Both the position numbers and the translations under genes were made by a program. DNA of 60,697 bases, filler included. It is 6 parts of 6 records of this genome, joined end to end, with 100 filler letters (N's around TTAATTAATTAA, not from the genome) between each part and the next. Parts side by side here need not be neighbours in the genome. Positions count along the whole stretch, not along the records: positions 1 to 7,260 come from SRR31156797_25834; positions 7,361 to 22,574 come from SRR31156797_25837; 4 more parts are not named here. One strand, given 5' to 3'. The notes below the pieces were generated by a model. It did not search any database and was not told where the DNA came from. It saw only the letters and a program-made list of their open reading frames with translations. Each line of letters begins with the position of its first letter. Positions within the stretch are counted from its first letter, which is position 1. This document shows positions 1 through 8,882 of the stretch, in pieces.

Positions 1-684
1 ACCGGCAATCCCGGTTACTGGTCGCTGCTGATTACCCACAAGGACAACGACAAGCTCAATTCCATCGAAGACGTTCTCAAGTGTGACCAGACGCTGGACT
101 TCGGCAACGGCGATCCGAACTCGACCTCGGGTTTCCTGGTGCCCAGCTTCTACGTCTTTGCCAAGAACGATATCGATCCCAAGAAATGCTACAAGACGGT
201 TCGTTCGGCCAACCACGAAACCAATGCCATGGCCGTCGCCAACAAGCAGGTCGATTTCGCGACCAACAACACTGAATCCCTGTTCGCCCGCCTGAAGCGC
301 AACCACCCGGAAGAGGCCGCCAAAATCAAGGTGATCTGGAAGTCGCCGCTGATCCCGAATGACCCGATCGTCTACAAGGCCGACCTGGACAAGGAAACGA
401 AAAGCGTCATCAAAGGCTTCTTCCTTTCCTATGGCCGCTTCGGCCCGGACGCCGAACGTCAGCGCAAGATCCTGGCCGGCGTCAGCTCCGGTTGGGCGCC
501 GTTCCAGGAATCGTCGAATGCCCAGCTTTACCCGATCCGCCAGCTGCAGCTGTTCAAGGACCGGACCAAGCTCGCCAACGACGAGCGCATGGAACAGAAA
601 GAAAAACAGACCAAGATCGGCGAGATCGATCGCAAGCTCGAAGTCGTCAAGGTGCTCGACACCAACCAGTTGGCGATCAAGTAG
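1..684 (+). CDS. phnD: Phosphonate ABC transporter substrate-binding protein, 5'-truncated
   Basis: Frame is open from base 1 (TGNPGYWSLLITHKD...FGNGDPNSTSGFLVP...IWKSPLIPNDP), typical PhnD motifs; followed by phnE. Confidence 0.93.
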   Translation, partial: TGNPGYWSLLITHKDNDKLNSIEDVLKCDQTLDFGNGDPNSTSGFLVPSFYVFAKNDIDPKKCYKTVRSANHETNAMAVANKQVDFATNNTESLFARLKRNHPEEAAKIKVIWKSPLIPNDPIVYKADLDKETKSVIKGFFLSYGRFGPDAERQRKILAGVSSGWAPFQESSNAQLYPIRQLQLFKDRTKLANDERMEQKEKQTKIGEIDRKLEVVKVLDTNQLAIK

Positions 685-698
685 ATATTGCTTCGAAA

Positions 699-742
699 GG
701 GTGGCTCCGGACCTTCGGGCTCGGAGCCGCCCATATTTTTTT
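699..742 (+). terminator. Hairpin with UUCG loop and T-run between phnD and phnE
   Basis: GGGTGGCTCCG (699-709) pairs with CGGAGCCGCCC (722-732) around CC-TTCG-GG; T-run 736-742. Partial terminator or mRNA stabiliser after the SBP gene. Confidence 0.6.
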
Positions 743-798
743 CAGCCAATTGGTTAAACAATTTTCTCATCCTCTCCAACGGAGCCAGAGTATTCGTC

Positions 799-1632
799 AT
801 GGCCAACGTCGCCGCTTCGCCATCCGCAACCGCCGTCCCGCCGTCCGCCGCCGACATATCGTTGCCACCCCGCGACCTCAAACGCTCGACGGCAAATATT
901 CTCGGTTGGGCCGCCGTCCTCGGCGTTCTCATGTGGTCGTGGGAAGGGGCCGAAATGCGGCCCATGGCGCTGATCACCGACGCCCGAAACATGGCGCTGT
1001 TCGCCGAAGGCTTCTTCCCCCCGGACTTCCACGAATGGCCGCTTTATCTCAGTGAAATGCTGATCACCATCCAGGTTGCGATCTGGGGCACCGTATTGTC
1101 CATCGTCTGCTCGATTCCGCTTGGAATCCTGTGCTCCGAAAACGTCGTCCCCTGGTGGGTCTATCAGCCGATGCGCCGCCTGATGGATTCCGCCCGCGCC
1201 ATCAACGAGATGGTGTTCGCGATGCTGTTTGTCGTTGCCGTCGGGCTCGGCCCGTTCGCCGGCGTGCTGGCGCTTTGGGTCCATACCACGGGTATTCTGG
1301 CGAAACTGTTTTCCGAAGCCGTCGAAGCGATCGACCCCCGTCCGGTTGAAGGAATTCGCGCCACCGGGTCCGACAGAATCCACGAGGTCATCTACGGCAT
1401 CCTGCCGCAGGTTATGCCGTTGTGGATCTCGTATTCTCTATACCGGTTCGAATCCAACGTGCGTTCGGCAACGGTGATCGGCATCGTCGGCGCCGGCGGC
1501 ATCGGCATGGTCCTGTGGGAATACATCCGCGGCTTCTATTATGCCGAAACCGCCGCCGTCATGATCATCATCATCATCAGCGTCAGCCTGCTCGACGTGC
1601 TGTCGCAGCGGCTGCGTAAATTGTTCATCTAG
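799..1632 (+). CDS. phnE: Phosphonate ABC transporter permease
   Basis: Hydrophobic; [15 protein letters not shown] loop and [22 protein letters not shown] signature. Start moved to ATG 799. Confidence 0.93.
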   Translation: MANVAASPSATAVPPSAADISLPPRDLKRSTANILGWAAVLGVLMWSWEGAEMRPMALITDARNMALFAEGFFPPDFHEWPLYLSEMLITIQVAIWGTVLSIVCSIPLGILCSENVVPWWVYQPMRRLMDSARAINEMVFAMLFVVAVGLGPFAGVLALWVHTTGILAKLFSEAVEAIDPRPVEGIRATGSDRIHEVIYGILPQVMPLWISYSLYRFESNVRSATVIGIVGAGGIGMVLWEYIRGFYYAETAAVMIIIIISVSLLDVLSQRLRKLFI

Positions 1633-1662
1633 AAGAGAACGGCCGGCGGCAGGCGCCGGCTT

Positions 1663-2799
1663 TCAGATCACCCGTTCGCCCTCCAGGCGGACCTCGCGAA
1701 TGACCGGGGTGCCGCGGAACACCTTGATCCGAACCATATCGGCGCGCAGGCCTTGGGCAATGCGCCCGCGGTCGTTCAGGCCGATCATCGCGGCCGGTTC
1801 CGCCGACACCCAGCCGACCGTCTTGTGAAGCGGAAATCCGTGATCGAAATGAAGCGTGAAAGCCGCCTGGATCAGGCTGTTCGGCACGTAGTCGGAAGCA
1901 AAGCCGTTCAAGATCCCTTCGTCGGCCAGCTCAAGTGCCGCGACGTTGCCGCTATGCGATCCGCCCATGACTAGGTTCGGTGCCCCCATGACCGTCCTTA
2001 TGCCCAAGTCATGGGCCGCCCGCGCCGCTTCCATGGTGGTCGGGAATTCCGAAATGGTAACGCCCGATTCATGGGCTTCGCGGACATGGTCTTCGGTGGT
2101 GTCGTCATGGCTGGCAACGGCGAGGCCGCGTTCCCGGAACATGGGAACAATGGTTCGCCGGTTTTCTTCGGCGTGCAGACGCTGGCGTTCCAGTCGGACG
2201 GTGATCATTTCATCCAATTGATCGCGGCTGAAGCGACGGCTGTTGAAGGTGCGCCACTTGTCCAGATTGCGCCACTGACGCTGCCCCGGCGTATGGTCCA
2301 TCACCGACGCCAGACGGACCAACGGATGGTCGATGACGCGGCCGACGTCCTCCAACAGGGTCGGGGCCGGAATCTCGCAGCGCAGATGCAGCATATGGTC
2401 GGCCTTGAGCAATCCTTCGTCCTTGGCGGTGCCCAGCGTATCCATGGCCAACTGCAAGGCGATCTGGCGCCCCTCCCGCGTCAGATCGAATCCCATCGAC
2501 AGGGAATCGAGAACGGTCGTGATGCCGGCACCGGCGATCTGCCGATCATGGGATACCAGCGCCGCGAGCCCCGGCCATTTGACCCCCGGCCGCGGTTCCA
2601 GATGCTGTTCCAGATGGTCGGTATGAACATCGACGATACCCGGTATCAGGTAATCGCCCTCAAGGTCCTGCGCCGCGGCAAGGCCGCTGCGGCCGGTTGC
2701 GACGTCGGCGATCCTTCCGTCGCGCACCAGGACCGTTCCTTCGAATTCCCGGTCCGGCGCGACGATGCGGGCGTTGCTCAGCACTGTTTCGGATGTCAT
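1663..2799 (-). CDS. phnM: Alpha-D-ribose 1-methylphosphonate 5-triphosphate diphosphatase
   Basis: PGIVDVHTDHLE, MDHTPGQRQ, ASHDD, SEFPTT, MGAPNLVMGGSHSGNV, ASDYVP; 378 aa from ATG 2799. Confidence 0.93.
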   Translation of the reverse strand: MTSETVLSNARIVAPDREFEGTVLVRDGRIADVATGRSGLAAAQDLEGDYLIPGIVDVHTDHLEQHLEPRPGVKWPGLAALVSHDRQIAGAGITTVLDSLSMGFDLTREGRQIALQLAMDTLGTAKDEGLLKADHMLHLRCEIPAPTLLEDVGRVIDHPLVRLASVMDHTPGQRQWRNLDKWRTFNSRRFSRDQLDEMITVRLERQRLHAEENRRTIVPMFRERGLAVASHDDTTEDHVREAHESGVTISEFPTTMEAARAAHDLGIRTVMGAPNLVMGGSHSGNVAALELADEGILNGFASDYVPNSLIQAAFTLHFDHGFPLHKTVGWVSAEPAAMIGLNDRGRIAQGLRADMVRIKVFRGTPVIREVRLEGERVI

Positions 2800-2972
2800 G
2801 GCCGTGTCCGTATCGCAATATCGCCTTGACGCAACCGACTGACCGCCCCCTTCGGCCACCGGCGGCGGCGATGGGGCGGAGTCGGACGCGACGAGGCGTT
2901 TCGTCGGCGTTCGATCTTCCAGAAAAAACGCGATCGACGGTTTCTTTCCTTCTGAAAAGATAACCAGAACAG

Positions 2973-2990
2973 ATGAAAATAATGTTACAG
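2973..2990 (-). promoter_or_regulatory. Candidate Pho box upstream of phnM
   Basis: Minus strand CTGTAAC-ATTA-TTTTCAT resembles the 7-4-7 PhoB repeat CTGTCAT-N4-CTGTCAC; lies in the AT-rich divergent spacer. Confidence 0.35.
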
Positions 2991-3113
2991 AAAAGTGGAT
3001 GAATGTAAAACTTGTCTCTGTCTGAATAAAGTTTATTCAAATTTTCACATTTTAAAATAAACAACTTACGTATTATTGCGCACCAAAAGAACTAGGCCAA
3101 TCAAGGTGTTGCG

Positions 3114-4292
3114 GTGACGTTTGCCCTGAACAGTTTAAGAGTACTGACTCCGGACGGCCCGGTGCCGGCATCGATCGTTGTCGAAAGCAACGGCATCGCC
3201 GCGCTCGACAGCAAGGCGCCCGGCGGAATTCATTGTTTCGATGTCGGCAATGCCCTCGTACTGCCGGGCATCGTCGACATTCACGGCGACGCCTTCGAAC
3301 GCCAGATCATGCCGCGTCCCGGCGTTACGTTTCCGCTTTCGATCGCTCTGGCCGATACCGATGCCCAGCTGCTGGCGGCCGGCATCACGACGGCGTTCCA
3401 CGGCATCACCTATTCCTGGGAACCGGGACTGCGCGGCGCCGAAACGACCCGCCGTGTGGTTCACGCGGTTGATCGGATGCGTGACCGGTTTCGTTGTGAC
3501 ACCCGCATCCATCTTCGCTTCGAAACCTATAACCTGGATGCGCTCGACGAGATCGTCGGCTGGATCGAACGCGGCGTCGTCGATCTGTTGGCCTTCAACG
3601 ATCACATTCCGCATTTCCAGGAAAAACTGGCCGACGGACCGCACGGTTTGAGCGATACGGCAAAACGGGCGGGATTGGATATTGAAGCCTTCGAAGCCCT
3701 GGTAAATCGGACCGCCGAACGGGCCGCCTGCGTTCCCGACGCCGTGCAACGATTGGCGGCGGCCAGCATTGCATGCGGCATTGCCATGCTGTCCCACGAC
3801 GACGAAACGCCCGAAATGCGCCGCTTCTACCATAACCTCGGATGCCGCATTGCCGAATTTCCGGTCGACCGGGCAACCGCGGAAACCGCCATCGATCTTG
3901 GCAACGATGTCGTCCTCGGGGCACCGAACATCCTGCGCGGCGGCTCGCACTGCGGCCGGCTGTCGACCCGACAGGCGATCGAAGGCGGATACTGTTCGAT
4001 CCTTGCTTCGGACTACTACTACCCGACCCTGCTGCACGGGGTTTTTGCGCTGGTTCGCGATGGGGTTCTCGGTCTTTCCGATGCCTGGCGAATGGTTTCC
4101 GAGGCTCCGGCGCGGGCGGCCGGCCTCGATGATCGCGGCACGCTCGCCGAAGGAAACCGGGCCGATTTGATCGTCGTCGATGACGGCGATGCCGAGGGCC
4201 CCGTCGTTCGTGCCGTCTGCGTCAAGGGCAGGTTCGTCTATGCATCCGGCGAATTCGCCTCGGAACCGGGAATCGTGTCATGCGCCGCCTAG
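3114..4292 (+). CDS. Second PhnM-family amidohydrolase (PhnM-like paralog)
   Basis: PGIVDIHGDAFERQIMPRPG, FNDH, LSHDD, AEFP, LGAPNILRGGSH, ASDYYYP: same fold as PhnM, different subfamily. Confidence 0.88.
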   Translation: MTFALNSLRVLTPDGPVPASIVVESNGIAALDSKAPGGIHCFDVGNALVLPGIVDIHGDAFERQIMPRPGVTFPLSIALADTDAQLLAAGITTAFHGITYSWEPGLRGAETTRRVVHAVDRMRDRFRCDTRIHLRFETYNLDALDEIVGWIERGVVDLLAFNDHIPHFQEKLADGPHGLSDTAKRAGLDIEAFEALVNRTAERAACVPDAVQRLAAASIACGIAMLSHDDETPEMRRFYHNLGCRIAEFPVDRATAETAIDLGNDVVLGAPNILRGGSHCGRLSTRQAIEGGYCSILASDYYYPTLLHGVFALVRDGVLGLSDAWRMVSEAPARAAGLDDRGTLAEGNRADLIVVDDGDAEGPVVRAVCVKGRFVYASGEFASEPGIVSCAA

Positions 4293-4312
4293 CCACCCGG
4301 CCTTCGGCACGA

Positions 4313-5035
4313 TCACGGCACGAAAACCATCTGCACCCGATCGCCGGCAAACCGGGTGATGCCGAGTTCGATCGGCACGCCGTTGGGATCGATGTTGACG
4401 CTTTCGCTGATCAGGATCGGCCGATAGCGGGACTGTTGCAGCAGTTCGGCCTCGCCCCGATCGGGAAGGCGGGTCGTCACCTTGGTAATTTTTCGGAGAT
4501 AGTCGGGAATTCCAAGCCCTTCGAGCGCCTTCGAAATCGAACGGGCCGCGACCACGCAATCGATAATCTCGGGAAAGCGTTGCAGGTTGAAAAAATGTTC
4601 GGAAAGGCTGACCGGACGGTCGTCGGCCTCGCCCAATCGCCGAACCATTCCGACCGGGGTTCCAATCGGCACGTAAAGCGCTTCGGAAATCACCTCGTCG
4701 GCCTTCAGGCGCGCCGTCGCCAGTATACGGCCGCTCGGCGCCCGGCTTTGACGGGAAACGTTTTCGGTGAAGCGGGTTCGCTTGCCGACCTTGTAGTCGA
4801 TGACGTGTTCGGCCACGAACATGCCGCGCCCCTGCTCGACCTTGATCAGGCCTTCCTCCTCGAGCGCCGCAGTGGCACGGCGCACCGTGTGGCGGTTGAC
4901 GCCGAACCGCTCCGCCAACCGCTGTTCGGTCGGAAGGTGCGAACCGGCCTGAAGGCGGCCGGCGACGATATCCGTCCGCAAGGCCTGATGGATCTGGCGC
5001 CACAAGGCAAAGCCGGAACCGCGTTCGAGTGTCAT
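4313..5035 (-). CDS. phnF: GntR/HutC-family phosphonate regulator
   Basis: LPTEQRLAERFGVNRHTVRRA HTH plus C-terminal UTRA domain; divergent from phnG. Confidence 0.93.
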   Translation of the reverse strand: MTLERGSGFALWRQIHQALRTDIVAGRLQAGSHLPTEQRLAERFGVNRHTVRRATAALEEEGLIKVEQGRGMFVAEHVIDYKVGKRTRFTENVSRQSRAPSGRILATARLKADEVISEALYVPIGTPVGMVRRLGEADDRPVSLSEHFFNLQRFPEIIDCVVAARSISKALEGLGIPDYLRKITKVTTRLPDRGEAELLQQSRYRPILISESVNIDPNGVPIELGITRFAGDRVQMVFVP

Positions 5036-5131
5036 CGTTTCCTCCGCAAGGGATCTTTTCCCGTTGCATCGACCAAGTCACAAAAACATCACCAGCAAGC
5101 GCTTTACAGGCGACACGATGCCTCCTATATA

Positions 5132-5161
5132 TTTGTATAGACATATGGTTGTCTATATAAA
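5132..5161. promoter_or_regulatory. Candidate PhnF operator pair
   Basis: TTTGTATAGACA (5132-5143) and TGTCTATATAAA (5150-5161) form an 11/12 inverted repeat; each resembles the HutC-subfamily GT-N-TA-N-AC core. Confidence 0.65.
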
Positions 5162-5251
5162 TTTTAGATTTGTTGATCGTTATCGATCCCCGGCCCGGAC
5201 GGCAAAATCGGCCGGAACCAATGACAGCAACGGAAAAAACCGGACAAAGCC

Positions 5252-5728
5252 GTGAACGAGACCGTAAGGACAGTCGAAGATCGAAATTCCGATAACTCCG
5301 GCCGGCGCCGGTGGATGGCGGTTCTGGCGCGGGCATCCACGGATGACCTCAGCCGCAGTTGGAACGCCCTTTCCGAACGCCCGGACTATCGCTTCCTGCG
5401 TCAGCCGGAGGTTGGGCTGACGATGGTGCGGGCCCGCGCCGGCGGTACCGGTACACGTTTCAATCTGGGCGAAATGACGGTGACCCGTTGTGTCGTCGAG
5501 ACCAACGACAAACAGGTCGGCCACGCCTATGTCGCCGGGCGCGACGTCAAAAAAGCCGAATTGGCCGCCGTCCTCGACGCCCTCCTGCAGGACGATGCCC
5601 GGGCGCCGCAAATCCTGCGCACAATCATCGAGCCCCTGGCCGAAGCGCAGGCACGCAGGGTTCGCGAACACGGTTCCAAGGTCGCCGCCACCAAAGTCGA
5701 TTTCTTCACAATGGTCCGGGGAGACTGA
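5252..5728 (+). CDS. phnG: C-P lyase subunit PhnG
   Basis: RRRWMAVLARA, FNLGEMTVTRC, C-terminal AATKVDFFTMVRGD. Confidence 0.95.
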   Translation: MNETVRTVEDRNSDNSGRRRWMAVLARASTDDLSRSWNALSERPDYRFLRQPEVGLTMVRARAGGTGTRFNLGEMTVTRCVVETNDKQVGHAYVAGRDVKKAELAAVLDALLQDDARAPQILRTIIEPLAEAQARRVREHGSKVAATKVDFFTMVRGD

Positions 5729-5730
5729 GC

Positions 5731-6333
5731 ATGCTGCAAACAGCCTCGTCGCCCCTGGCCGGGTTCTCTTCTCCGGTTGCCCAAAGCCAACAGGTGTTCC
5801 GCGCCGCGTTGGATGCCTTTGCCCGCCCCGGCACCATCGTCGATACCCCCGGTCCGGCCGAAATCCCGGCACCGCTCAATTCCGCAAGCGCCGCGATTTG
5901 CCTGGCCCTCATCGATTTCGAAACCGCGCTGTGGCTGGACGAACCGGCGCGAAACTCGGAAGCGACGATCGCATTTCTGCGCTTCCATTGCGGCTGCCCG
6001 ATCGTCGACGATCCGAAAGAAGCCCAGTTCGCCCTGGTCTCGGCCCCGGCATCGCGGCCGGCGCTCGACGGATTCGGGCTTGGCTCCGACATCCACCCCG
6101 AAAACGCCGCCACCGTCATCTTTCAGGTCGCCGGATTGGCAACGGACGGCGGCGTCCGATTGAGCGGTCCCGGCATCGAACGTGTTTGCAGCCTCGACGT
6201 TGCCGGCATCGATGCCGGCTTCTGGCACGAGCGCATCGGGCTTCAGGAGTTGTTCCCGCGGGGAATCGATCTGGTTTTCGCCGCCGACGCGCGCCTCGCC
6301 GCGATTCCCCGTTCCACCCTCGTGGAGGTCTGA
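5731..6333 (+). CDS. phnH: C-P lyase subunit PhnH
   Basis: SQQVFRAALDAFARPG, FLRFHCG, LSGPGI, FPRGID, IPRST; start moved to ATG 5731. Confidence 0.93.
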   Translation: MLQTASSPLAGFSSPVAQSQQVFRAALDAFARPGTIVDTPGPAEIPAPLNSASAAICLALIDFETALWLDEPARNSEATIAFLRFHCGCPIVDDPKEAQFALVSAPASRPALDGFGLGSDIHPENAATVIFQVAGLATDGGVRLSGPGIERVCSLDVAGIDAGFWHERIGLQELFPRGIDLVFAADARLAAIPRSTLVEV

Positions 6334-6334
6334 C

Positions 6335-7260
6335 ATGTATGTGGCCGTCAAAGGCGGGGAGCGCGCCATCCGAAACGCCCACGCCCTGCTCGACGAGGAA
6401 CGCCGAGGCGATCCGTCGACACCGGGGCTTTCGCTGGAACAGATATCCGAACAGCTGTCGCTTGCCGTCGACCGCGTCATGACCGAGGGGTCCGTCTACG
6501 ACCGCGAACTGGCGGCGCTGGCGATCAAGCAGGCCCGCGGCGACCTGGTCGAAGCGATTTTCCTTCTTCGCGCCTTCCGCACGACATTGCCGCGCCTGGC
6601 CGTTTCCGAACCGGTGGATACGGCGCGCATGCGCATCCATCGGCGCATATCGGCGACCTACAAGGATCTGCCCGGCGGCCAGGTCCTGGGACCGACCTTC
6701 GATTACACACACCGGCTTCTGGATTTCGAACTGCTCGATTCCGAGGTCACGCCGGAGCCGGTCGAAACGACCGATCCGGAAATGCTGGACGAGGACGTTC
6801 CGCGCGTTATCGACATCCTCAATCACGAGGGCCTGATCGAACAGGAGGAAGCCGACGATCCCGACCGCCGGGTCGGCGATTTGACCCGCGAGCCGCTGGA
6901 TTTCCCGGCCGACCGGGACGTTCGCCTGCAAAACCTGGCCCGCGGCGACGAAGGATTTCTTCTCGCCCTGGGGTATTCGACCCAACGCGGCTTCGGCAGC
7001 ACCCATCCCTTCGCCGGTGAAATACGGGTTGGCGAAGTCGCCGTCGAAATCGTGCCCGAGGAATTGGGATTTGCCGTCGATATCGGCGACGTCCTGGTCA
7101 CCGAGTGCCAGATGATCAACCAGTTCAAGGGATCCGCCGACGAGCCGCCGAAATTCACCCGCGGATACGGTCTGACATTCGGCCATTGCGAGCGCAAGGC
7201 GATGGCGATGTCCCTGGTCGACCGGGCGTTGCGGGCCCGCGAATTCGACGAACCGACGGG
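6335..7260 (+). CDS. phnI: C-P lyase subunit PhnI, 3'-truncated
   Basis: MYVAVKGGERAI, RRISATYKDLPGGQVLGPTFDYTHRLLD; runs into the N spacer. Confidence 0.95.
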
Positions 7261-7360
7261 NNNNNNNNNNNNNNNNNNNNNNNNNNNNNNNNNNNNNNNN
7301 NNNNTTAATTAATTAANNNNNNNNNNNNNNNNNNNNNNNNNNNNNNNNNNNNNNNNNNNN
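7261..7360. other. Artificial contig spacer
   Basis: Ns around TTAATTAATTAA; composition changes sharply across it. Confidence 0.98.
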
Positions 7361-7441
7361 GTGGTCCACTACTGGTCCACCGGAGCATATTTGGTACTTG
7401 CTGGAGTCATGTAATATCAGTAACTTATGAGATGTCTGGGT

Positions 7442-7468
7442 GTCGGCTCGTCTCCGACCTCCGCACCA
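7442..7468 (+). other. Degenerate tRNA 3' fragment, candidate integration (att) site
   Basis: GTCGG-CTCGTCT-CCGAC T-arm-like hairpin followed by CTCCGC-A-CCA; no 5' tRNA half upstream. Confidence 0.6.
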
Positions 7469-7475
7469 AAATTAT

Positions 7476-7516
7476 AAGGCCTTATCCCATTAATACTGGG
7501 GTAAGGCCTTTTTTTA
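7476..7516 (+). terminator. Rho-independent terminator after the tRNA fragment
   Basis: AAGGCCTTATCCCA / TGGGGTAAGGCCTT 14-bp stem (one G-U), 7-nt loop, followed by T-run. Confidence 0.8.
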
Positions 7517-7651
7517 TTCTTTTTTGTGCTACCTTTTTAAGAGATATTAGACAGGCTAAAACAATATTATTTAATACTAAATAATATTAAAAAAAGGAGC
7601 GGTATGTCGTGTCAATAATAGTGGTGATAACTTGTAGGCATTTTATTTTTT

Positions 7652-7846
7652 GTCAATAATACGTTACACGGAACTTGTCATCATGTGATCTCTCGCCATC
7701 TGCCGCAGTACCGTAAAGAATTTTGCTACCGATTCAACAGCGGTTTGGGTGGGATGCCGTGGCTGATCGCCTGGCATACGTAGCAATGAGAACGCTAACG
7801 TGCTGCAACGACATTTAAAATTGGCTGAAGTTCGTTAATAATCACG
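7652..7846 (+). pseudogene. IS1595-family transposase C-terminal remnant with frameshifts
   Basis: Translates VNNTLHGTCHHVISRHLPQYRKEFCYRFN, then in shifted frames DRLAYVAMRT and LQRHLKLAEVR*; matches the IS1595 C-terminal pattern GTYH...HLxRYLxEFxYRFNRR. Confidence 0.75.
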
Positions 7847-8019
7847 AAACTAATTGGTACTTATCTATTTCACGAAGGCAGACGTTTTTGTAGATTATTG
7901 CCTACTCCCATGTCAGGTTCGTCCATGACTATAGCGGCTACCGTTGCTGGGTCACAACTTAAGATCTTCTCTTTGTCAGCATGCTGAAGCCCTTATTATG
8001 GGTGCCAAAAACTTGCATT

Positions 8020-8036
8020 CTTTCTTGACAGGAAAG
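8020..8036. promoter_or_regulatory. Candidate XRE-cupin operator 1, overlapping a TTGACA -35
   Basis: CTTTCTTGACAGGAAAG near-palindrome; TTGACA 8025-8030, TAGATT 8047-8052. Confidence 0.6.
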
Positions 8037-8089
8037 TCGTGGAATGTAGATTCTTTGTGAAACTATTCCTTTTACCTTCGGTGGGCAGC

Positions 8090-8653
8090 ATGGAAGACAG
8101 GCAGCTTCTTGGGAAGAACCTAAAGCAACTTAGAAAATACCAAAAACTTACCCTTAAACAAGTGGCAGATATGGCTAATTGCTCTGAAAGTTTGCTTTCT
8201 AAGGTGGAGAACGGTAGAGGTAATCCCTCTTTGAATACGCTTCATGCCATTGCCTCAGCAGTTGGCACAGATATCGGCACTCTTTTCATGCAGAATGTAC
8301 TTCATGCGGAAATAGTAAGTAGAAAAGGTGAGCGACTTGTGACTCAAATAGCAGGTGAGCAGGGAAATGGCGTTTCTCTGGAGTACCTTTCTCCTCATAA
8401 GCCGCATAATATCCTGCAAGCCCATGTGCAAATAGTTGACCCAGGAGGTGGCTCTACCGGTGAAATTACTCATGAGGGAGAAGAGATGGGCTATGTGCTT
8501 GAGGGAATGCTTAAATTAACTATAGATAATGATATATATATACTCCATGAAGGCGACTCTTTTTTCTTTGATTCATCGCTGCCACATAAATTTTTTAATC
8601 CCGGAGCTTCTGTAGCTCGGATTATCTGGGTGAACACCCCTCCTACTTTTTAA
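8090..8653 (+). CDS. XRE-family HTH + cupin transcriptional regulator (PuuR-like)
   Basis: LTLKQVADMANCSESLLSKVENGRGNPSL HTH; HEGEEMGYVLEG and GDSFFFDSSLPH cupin motifs. Confidence 0.92.
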   Translation: MEDRQLLGKNLKQLRKYQKLTLKQVADMANCSESLLSKVENGRGNPSLNTLHAIASAVGTDIGTLFMQNVLHAEIVSRKGERLVTQIAGEQGNGVSLEYLSPHKPHNILQAHVQIVDPGGGSTGEITHEGEEMGYVLEGMLKLTIDNDIYILHEGDSFFFDSSLPHKFFNPGASVARIIWVNTPPTF

Positions 8654-8670
8654 GTTTCCCGTCAAGAAAG
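8654..8670. promoter_or_regulatory. Candidate XRE-cupin operator 2
   Basis: GTTTCCCGTCAAGAAAG; reverse complement CTTTCTTGACGGGAAAC matches operator 1 at 15/17. Confidence 0.6.
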
Positions 8671-8789
8671 TTTTACTACACTATTGTGTTTTGTTTCCAT
8701 AGTTTATTACATTAATGTAAAAAATAGCTGTTGGTCCCTTCTCACGCAAGGCACGGATAAATATTACAATATCAATACGCTAGCCTTTT

Positions 8790-8806
8790 CTTTCCTGCGG
8801 GGAAAG
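8790..8806. promoter_or_regulatory. Candidate XRE-cupin operator 3
   Basis: CTTTCCTGCGGGGAAAG, same 17-bp CTTTC-N7-GAAAG frame, 4 bp upstream of the sigma54-like site. Confidence 0.55.
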
Positions 8807-8810
8807 TTTC

Positions 8811-8826
8811 AGGCATGGTTCCTGCT
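8811..8826 (+). promoter_or_regulatory. Candidate sigma54 (-24/-12) promoter of the ABC operon
   Basis: AGGCATGGTTCCTGCT: GG-N10-GC spacing, close to TGGCACG-N4-TTGC. Confidence 0.55.
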
Positions 8827-8882
8827 TTTCCTTGTTTAGATTCATAAACAAACAATAAAGTTATCTGGAGGAAAAGGTACAA

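Noticed and set aside
2011-7186. Long antisense and alternate-frame ORFs over phn genes (2011-2829, 3135-4037, 4278-5336, 6116-7186)
   Set aside because: Shadows of high-GC coding sequence with no motifs; the same applies to 28769-29887, 30684-31853, 43869-44789 and 59588-60661.
7430-7468. Complete tRNA or tmRNA gene
   Set aside because: Only a degenerate T-arm and CCA end are present; no acceptor 5' strand, D arm or anticodon arm.
8654-8882. Guanidine riboswitch expected ahead of a DUF1989 operon
   Set aside because: No guanidine-I 3' motif or paired ACGR hairpins visible; the palindromes fit a protein operator better. An Rfam scan would settle it.
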